From Planctomycetota bacterium (GTDB lineage Bacteria > Planctomycetota > UBA1135 > UBA2386), in the NCBI GenBank assembly GCA_046290465.1, contig JBKAGP010000001.1, forward strand, positions 4,320,001 to 4,384,000: a stretch of 64,000 bases of DNA, in the 5' to 3' direction. This document shows positions 58,278 to 64,000 of the stretch, in pieces. The notes below the pieces were generated by a model that searched no databases, had not been told where the DNA came from, and saw only the letters and a list, made by a program, of their open reading frames with translations. Position 1 is the stretch's first letter. Every line of letters begins with the position of its first letter. The position numbers were made by a program, and so were the translations under genes.

Positions 58278-59879
58278 ATGAGGCTCTCTCTCCCATGCGT
58301 CGCGCTGGCCCTGACCACGGCCGCGCTGTCCCAGAGCAACGCCATCCCCGGCACCGACATCTCGGTCTACGACGTCGTCACTCCGGTCGTCTGTGGCCGG
58401 ACCGGGCCGGCCTGGCCCAACGGCACCGCGGGCGTCTCGATCGGCCACTCGATGGCCAACTGCGGCAGCGTGCACGTGCCGTGGTACGGACAGCAGAACG
58501 GCGTGATGGTCGATCCCTACCCGAAGATCGCGTTCCTGCTGGCGCGCGAGAGTGGCGGCCGGATGGTGCAGATCAGCGGCAAGAGCTTCATGAAGCACTC
58601 GCGCATCGCGTTCAACTTCAGCGGCGGCAGTCCGTGCGGTCCGTGCCAGTCGGGCCCGTCGCAGACGTTCCGCATCGGCTGCTTCGACATCTACAGCGCC
58701 GGCTTCAACGGCAGCCGCACCAACCTGGGCCCGACCACCGAGGTCGATCCGTGGCTCGGCACGTGGGATCCGCTCGGCAGCTACTTCGACATCGGCGATC
58801 CTGCGCAGGCCAACTACCCCGCGCCGGCCGACTCCGTGCAATCGCTCGACCCGACGGGCTTCGACCAGGTCAAGAATCGCATGGAGGTGCCCGAGATCGA
58901 ACTCAGCGCATCGGGCAACTTCTACGGCCAGAACCAGGTCGTCGTGATCGGGGAGCCGGTCGCCAATCGCGGCAACAACCTGGTCTCGGCGAACATGGAC
59001 TTCTGGTGGGACGGCACCCAGTGGAACGCCGTCGGCGGCAGCGCGGTGCAGGCCGGCTCGGTGCTCAACCGCTGGAACGGCGCGACCACCAGCATGGGCC
59101 AGAACGGCAACGACGACGGCCGCTTCCTGGTCGCGGTCAAGGTGACCGGGCCGGTCGACGGCATGTGGCACTACGAGTACGCGGTGCACAACATCGACAA
59201 CCATCGCGGCGGCGCGTCGCTGCGCATTCCGGTGTGTGCGACCGCGCGCGTCGAGAACCTCGGCTTCCGCGACATCGACCAGGATCCGCTCGACGACTGG
59301 TCGATGACCCGCAACGGCGGTTCGATCGACTTCCTCGCGTCGGCGAGCAACCCGCTCGACTGGAACACGTTCTACAACTTCTACTTCGACAGCGACGCGG
59401 CGCCGGTCGCCGGCGACGTGAGCATCGACCAGGCGCGGCTCGGTCCGGGTGCCCTGTCGGTCGACGTCGCGACGACGGTGCCCGGCCTGCTCGGCACCGA
59501 GCACCTCGGCGCCGGCTGCGGTTCGCCCGCGCCGGCGATCTTCGCCAACGGCGTGCCGAGTTCGCCCAACCCCAACTACGGCCTCGACCTGCAGGCGACG
59601 CCGTCGTCGACGGTGGTGCTGGTGTTCTCGAGCCAGGCGCAGAGCGCGCCGTTCGGCGGCTGCACGGTGTTCGTCGACAGCGCGACGCTGCTGGCGAGCG
59701 AACTCGTCGCCGTCGATGCCAGCGGCGCCGCGAGCTACTCGATCCCGATCCCGCCCGGCATGACCCCGGTCGACCTCACCGCCCAGGCCTTCGAAGTGCG
59801 CACCGGCGGCCCCCTGCTCGGCTTCCTCGCCGCCAGCAACGGCCTCCGCATCCGCGGCGCCGCGACCGGCTGCCCCTGA
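58278..59879 (+). CDS. Exported Cys-containing hypothetical protein with shared C-terminal domain
   Basis: Signal peptide ALS-Q; WHYEYAVHN; LGAGC..GGCTVFV..IPIPP..SNGLRIR. Confidence 0.8.
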   Translation: MRLSLPCVALALTTAALSQSNAIPGTDISVYDVVTPVVCGRTGPAWPNGTAGVSIGHSMANCGSVHVPWYGQQNGVMVDPYPKIAFLLARESGGRMVQISGKSFMKHSRIAFNFSGGSPCGPCQSGPSQTFRIGCFDIYSAGFNGSRTNLGPTTEVDPWLGTWDPLGSYFDIGDPAQANYPAPADSVQSLDPTGFDQVKNRMEVPEIELSASGNFYGQNQVVVIGEPVANRGNNLVSANMDFWWDGTQWNAVGGSAVQAGSVLNRWNGATTSMGQNGNDDGRFLVAVKVTGPVDGMWHYEYAVHNIDNHRGGASLRIPVCATARVENLGFRDIDQDPLDDWSMTRNGGSIDFLASASNPLDWNTFYNFYFDSDAAPVAGDVSIDQARLGPGALSVDVATTVPGLLGTEHLGAGCGSPAPAIFANGVPSSPNPNYGLDLQATPSSTVVLVFSSQAQSAPFGGCTVFVDSATLLASELVAVDASGAASYSIPIPPGMTPVDLTAQAFEVRTGGPLLGFLAASNGLRIRGAATGCP

Positions 59880-59881
59880 AA

Positions 59882-59966
59882 GTAGCCGCTGCGACGCGGT
59901 CATCCTCCAACTTCGCGGCGCAGCCGCCGCGAAAGTTGGAGGATGAACCGCGTACCGTACCGCAAC
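59882..59966. repeat. REP doublet (REPIN-like long hairpin)
   Basis: Left arm ACGCGGTCATCCTCCAACTTCGCGGC pairs with right arm GCCGCGAAAGTTGGAGGATGAACCGCGT; begins GTAGCC; lies between convergent genes. Confidence 0.85.
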
Positions 59967-59982
59967 CTGGCGGTGTTCGCGT

Positions 59983-60534
59983 CTACCTGGCGCCGCGGGC
60001 GGAGACGTCGCGCTGTTCGACTTCGACCAGGCGACCGCGGCGAACGGTCATGCTGGTGACGCGTTCGACGTTGTGCTGGCCCTGGCGCATGCGGGCGCGC
60101 ACGACGTCGAGCTGCATGCCCTCGACGATCGGCAGCAGCGCCACGGCGCGGAAGCCCTCGTCGTCGCCCGGCAGCGAACGCTTGTCCTCGCGCACCAGAT
60201 CGCTGCTTTCCCAGACCCACTGGTCGTCGGCGGACACGAACTGGCACTTGTGGTTGCCGCGGTTCTTGCCGACGAGTCCGCCAGGACAGACGACGAACGG
60301 CTGCTCGATCCACGGCAGGCGGCCCAGGCCGTCGCGCGCGAACCCGGATTCGAACGCGGCCTCGATCACCGCCTCGGCGTCGCCACTCTCGCGCGCGCGC
60401 TTCTGCATCTCGTCGCGCAGCGCGGCGGCCAGTTCGATCAGCTGCTCGTCCGGCAGCTTGGCCGCGAGTTCGCTCGCGGTGTCGGGGTCTTCGCGCAGGT
60501 GGCGGACGATCGTGCCGTAGCGGCGGGTGGCCAT
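59983..60534 (-). CDS. Hypothetical cytoplasmic protein (183 aa)
   Basis: Protein-like composition from MATRRYG; TAGAGT box 7 nt upstream; no family recognised. Confidence 0.7.
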   Translation of the reverse strand: MATRRYGTIVRHLREDPDTASELAAKLPDEQLIELAAALRDEMQKRARESGDAEAVIEAAFESGFARDGLGRLPWIEQPFVVCPGGLVGKNRGNHKCQFVSADDQWVWESSDLVREDKRSLPGDDEGFRAVALLPIVEGMQLDVVRARMRQGQHNVERVTSMTVRRGRLVEVEQRDVSARGAR

Positions 60535-60753
60535 TTGGCGGACTCTACGGAAATCCTGGCGCGTTTCCGCTGCGGGTCGCCATGCGTTGCCCGGGCCGCG
60601 GCGCGCCCGCGAGCCGGCCACGAACGGTCCAACGTGCAGCTGCCGAAGCAGCGGATGGACCTGCAGCGCATCCACCGCCACCGCGAGATGCGGACGCGCG
60701 TGCTCGAACGGTTCGGCATGGTCGCGCCCTGACCGTGCGCATACCGTGCTCGC

Positions 60754-61929
60754 ATGCTGCTGCTCGCGACCGCGGTTCTGTCCTGTTCGCTGCCCCAGGG
60801 GCTGCTCGACCTCGAGGCCCTGCTGCGCGCCGACGAACGCTGCGCGCCGATCGTCGCGCGCGCGCGCGAGCACCGGCTGCAGGTGCTGGTGTCGGTGCCG
60901 GTCGTCGGCGACGACGGGCGCGTCACGCTGCAGCGCAGCCACTTCGGCGACGACGAGCGCTACTTCTACCCCGCCAGTTCGATCAAGCTGTGCGGCGCGG
61001 TCGCGGTGCTGCAGCGCCTCAACGCGCACAACCGCGAGCACGGCACCGCGCTGGGCCTCGACAGCACGATGATCGTCGAGCCGCGGTTCGACGGCGATCG
61101 ACGCATCCAGAAGGACGCGAGCAACGTCGTCGACGGGGTGCTGACCGTGCGCCACGCGCTGCGCAAGATGCTGATCGTCAGCGACAACGCCGCCTACAAC
61201 CACTGCTTCGAGCTGTGTGGTCCGGACGGCCTCAACCGCGCGATGTGGGCCGCGGGCCTGACGTCGACGCGCCTGTGGCACCGCCTCAGCGAGAGCCGCA
61301 CGCCGCGCGAGAACCGGCAGACGCGCACGGTGCGCATCGACGACGTGGCCTTCGTCGAGCGCGATGCGCCGATCGAACTTCGCAACGACGCGTTCGCCGA
61401 CCGCCGCTTCGGGGACGGCTACCTGGCCGGCGGCCGCAAGGTCGACGGTCCGATGTCGTTCGACGAGAAGAACGCGATCTCGCTGGTCGATCTGCAGGAC
61501 CTGATGGTCGAGGTCGTGCGGCCCGAGATCGACACCGGCAAGCGCGGCTTCCCCGGACTCGGCGTCAGCCAGCGGCTGTTCCTGCTCGACGCGATGAGCC
61601 AGCTGCCGCGTCAGTCGCGCAACCCGCGCTATCCCGACGTCGACGAGTTCTACTGCAAGCGGATCTTCCAGAGCGCCAGCCGGGTGGTGCCGTCCGGTCA
61701 TCTTCGCACCTTCAACAAGACCGGTCGCGCCTACGGTTTCTCGATCGAGAATGCCTACGTCGAGGATCGCCGCGGTGGCACCGGCTTCTTCCTGTCGGTC
61801 GTCGTCTACACCAATCCCGACGGCATCCTCAACGACGATCGCTACGGCTACGAGGAGATCGCGGACCCGTTCCTCGATGCGGTCGGCGAGGTGGTCACGC
61901 GGGCGGTGTCGGCGAGTCGGTCGCGCTAG
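60754..61929 (+). CDS. Serine hydrolase, class A beta-lactamase-like fold
   Basis: PASSIK (SxxK), SDN and NKTG motifs; hydrophobic N-terminus. Confidence 0.85.
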   Translation: MLLLATAVLSCSLPQGLLDLEALLRADERCAPIVARAREHRLQVLVSVPVVGDDGRVTLQRSHFGDDERYFYPASSIKLCGAVAVLQRLNAHNREHGTALGLDSTMIVEPRFDGDRRIQKDASNVVDGVLTVRHALRKMLIVSDNAAYNHCFELCGPDGLNRAMWAAGLTSTRLWHRLSESRTPRENRQTRTVRIDDVAFVERDAPIELRNDAFADRRFGDGYLAGGRKVDGPMSFDEKNAISLVDLQDLMVEVVRPEIDTGKRGFPGLGVSQRLFLLDAMSQLPRQSRNPRYPDVDEFYCKRIFQSASRVVPSGHLRTFNKTGRAYGFSIENAYVEDRRGGTGFFLSVVVYTNPDGILNDDRYGYEEIADPFLDAVGEVVTRAVSASRSR

Positions 61930-61941
61930 AGTGGGCGCCGC

Positions 61942-63552
61942 ATGACCCCGCGCCTACCGACCCTCACCGCCCTCCTCGCGATCGCCGTCTGCAGCTCGAT
62001 GCAGCGCGAAGAACGTGCCGCCGACCCGCACCGCGAGCCGCTGTTCACCACGTCGGACGCATGCGCGGTGTGCCACATCGCGGCGCCGGGCGCGACCGCG
62101 ATGAAGACCAAGGACGACGAGGACGTGTCGCCGTACTACACGTGGCAGGCGACGATGATGGCAAACTCGTTCCGCGACCCCTATTTCCGCGCCCAGCTGC
62201 AGAAGGAGACGGCGGCCGCCGGCGAGCAGGTGCAGGAGCTGTGCCTGCGCTGCCACACGCCGATGGTGCACCACCAGCACGTGCACGACGGCAAGGCGCC
62301 GCCGCGGCTGGCGCAGGCGGTCGACGAGCTCGAGGCCGATGACGGCGTGTCGTGCACGGTCTGCCACACGATCTCGCCCGAGGGTCTCGGTGAGGCGCGC
62401 ACCTTCTCCGGCAGGCCGAAGTTCAACGAGGAGCGGTTGATCTACGGACCGTTCGACGACGTCGAGACGCGGCCGATGCGAGGCCAGGTGCGCTATACGC
62501 CGACCAAGGGCGAGCACATCCGCAGCGCCGGGCTGTGCGCGTCGTGCCACACGCTCTACACCGAGCACCACGGCACGCCGTTCCCGGAGCAGACGCCGTA
62601 CCTCGAGTGGCGCAACAGCGTGTTCAACGACGAGGTCGAAGGGGCCGACCCGAAGCAGACGCGCACCTGCCAGCAGTGCCACATGGCGAAGCTGCCGAAG
62701 ACCCGCATCGCGCGCACGCCGATGGGCTTCGATTTCCGGATCCCGGAGCGTGAGGGCTACCGCTCGCACGCGTTCGTCGGCGGCAACGCGTTCATGCTCG
62801 ACATCCTGCGCGAGCACAGCGACGACCTCTACGTCGAGGCCGAGGCGTCGCAGCTGCGCGCGATGGCTGCGGCGACGCGCGAGCAGCTGGCGAAGCGGAC
62901 CGCCCGGCTGACCCTCGGCGACGTCGCGCTGGTCGACGGCGAACTGCGCTTCGACGTGGCGATCGAGAACCTGACGGGCCACAAGTTCCCGACTGGCTAT
63001 CCGGCGCGGCGCGCGTGGCTGCGGATCGAGGCGCTGGTCGGCGGCGAGGTCGTGTTCGCGAGCGGCGCCTGTGACGAGCAGGGGCGCATCGTCGGCGTCG
63101 CGGACGAGCTGCGCATGCCGCACCCGAGCACGATCACCGAGCCGTCCGATGTGCTGGTGTTCGAGATGGTGGCCAACGGTCCCGACGGCGAGCCGACGAC
63201 GTTTTTGACCAAGATGGTCGACCGCCGCAAGGACACCCGCCTGCTGCCGCGCGGCTTCCGTCTGGACGGCCCGCTGGCCAACGACATCGCCCCGGTCGGC
63301 ATCGGCGACGACGCGGACTTCGTCGGTGGCGGCGACCGGGTGGCCTGCCGGATCCCGGTCGGGGCGGACGCCGCGGGTCGCTGGGAGGTGCGCGCCACGG
63401 TGCTCTACCAGACGGTGCCGCCGGTCTGGGTCGACGCGCTGCGAACGGTCGATGCCGAGGAGGCCCGGCGGTTCGTCGGCTACTACGACGCGGCGAGCAA
63501 GCAGCCCGAGGTCGTCGCCGAAGCGCGCAAGGTCGCCGCCGGAGGGCGGTAA
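61942..63552 (+). CDS. Pentaheme c-type cytochrome (paralog of 50165-52504 without the C-terminal domain)
   Basis: CAVCH, CLRCH, CTVCH, CASCH and CQQCH; WQATMMANSFRDP; NLTGHKFPTGYPARR. Confidence 0.88.
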   Translation: MTPRLPTLTALLAIAVCSSMQREERAADPHREPLFTTSDACAVCHIAAPGATAMKTKDDEDVSPYYTWQATMMANSFRDPYFRAQLQKETAAAGEQVQELCLRCHTPMVHHQHVHDGKAPPRLAQAVDELEADDGVSCTVCHTISPEGLGEARTFSGRPKFNEERLIYGPFDDVETRPMRGQVRYTPTKGEHIRSAGLCASCHTLYTEHHGTPFPEQTPYLEWRNSVFNDEVEGADPKQTRTCQQCHMAKLPKTRIARTPMGFDFRIPEREGYRSHAFVGGNAFMLDILREHSDDLYVEAEASQLRAMAAATREQLAKRTARLTLGDVALVDGELRFDVAIENLTGHKFPTGYPARRAWLRIEALVGGEVVFASGACDEQGRIVGVADELRMPHPSTITEPSDVLVFEMVANGPDGEPTTFLTKMVDRRKDTRLLPRGFRLDGPLANDIAPVGIGDDADFVGGGDRVACRIPVGADAAGRWEVRATVLYQTVPPVWVDALRTVDAEEARRFVGYYDAASKQPEVVAEARKVAAGGR

Positions 63553-63725
63553 CCGCCCGGTCGGGTCTCCTTTTTGTCGCGCTGGACTGCGGTCGGCCGT
63601 TGCGGCCACGCCTCCGCGTCCACGACGCGGTGCGCCGCAACTCTGTCTGGCCTTGCCGGCGCCTGCTGGCGAGGTATCTTCCTCAGCCTCTCTCCCCAGC
63701 GACCTTGGCCCTGAAGCCCCCATCC

Positions 63726-64000
63726 ATGCGAAACCTCTGGATCTCGTCCCTCGCCGGCGTGCTCCTGTCCGGTGCGATCGTTGCCCAGAACGCGGTCGGC
63801 CTTGCCGATGTCGCCTGGCCCAACCCGGTCGCGGCCGGCACGCCGACGCTCAGCGCGCGCATCCACTATCCGGCGCAGGATCCTGGCTTCGGCGCACGCA
63901 TGCTCAGCGTGCCGTCGCCGGACGGCTTCCCGGTCGTGGTGTTCCTGCACGGCTACGGCCAGCTCGGCAACGACTACGCGCAGATCGGCGACTCGCTCGC
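63726..64000 (+). CDS. Exported alpha/beta hydrolase (chlorophyllase-like), truncated by window end
   Basis: Own translation, absent from the ORF track: MRNLWISSLAGVLLSGAIVAQ...ARIHYP...FPVVVFLHGYG...Y. Confidence 0.75.
   Translation, partial: MRNLWISSLAGVLLSGAIVAQNAVGLADVAWPNPVAAGTPTLSARIHYPAQDPGFGARMLSVPSPDGFPVVVFLHGYGQLGNDYAQIGDSL

Noticed and set aside
58580..58720. Lysyl oxidase-like site (K...GCFDIY) in the 58278 protein
   Set aside because: The copper-binding His cluster of lysyl oxidases is absent and the similarity is too short to support.
60754..61929. Functional antibiotic-resistance beta-lactamase
   Set aside because: SxxK/SDN/KTG define the fold only. No clear class A omega-loop ExxLN motif and no mobile context.
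181..63950. Many long overlapping ORFs (e.g. 16350-19070+, 33890-36679+, 38327-41434+, 53385-56453+, 52441-55257-)
   Set aside because: Antisense or off-frame shadows of real genes, expected in high-GC DNA. They are Arg/Ala/Pro-rich or mirror-codon translations without motifs.

Overview
A 64 kb, very GC-rich bacterial chromosomal window. The gene repertoire suggests Planctomycetota, possibly an OM190-like lineage; this is inference from protein families, not a database result. Recognisable housekeeping genes: an orphan rtcR divergent from a non-canonical ParB-like gene, an aroB / aroA-aroK fusion / aroC cluster, a 3-hydroxyacyl-CoA dehydrogenase-crotonase fusion, pirin, C69 and S46 peptidases, an rlmD-like methyltransferase, a DEDDh exonuclease and a class A beta-lactamase-like serine hydrolase. 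The window is dominated by exported proteins. The strongest unexplained signal is a shared ~110-140 aa C-terminal domain on about 11 otherwise unrelated exported proteins (SGNH-like, FG-GAP, Kelch, pentaheme cytochrome and others). About 15 signal peptides also appear to leave Gln at position +1. Together these suggest a lineage-specific sorting or surface-display system. Other signals: an integrase-less array of small cassette-like genes with degenerate attC sites (~28.9-32.2 kb), perfect 33-bp inverted REP-like repeats bracketing a 3.9 kb two-gene segment, an 83-bp tandem repeat, a perfect 18-bp palindrome and stem-loops next to the ParB-like gene, an ECF sigma factor fused to a membrane-anchored extracytoplasmic domain, a VOC gene broken at a 10-bp microhomology, and many apparently leaderless genes. 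No rRNA, tRNA, CRISPR array, transposase or integrase was recognised. All calls are by eye from motifs and none were checked against a database.
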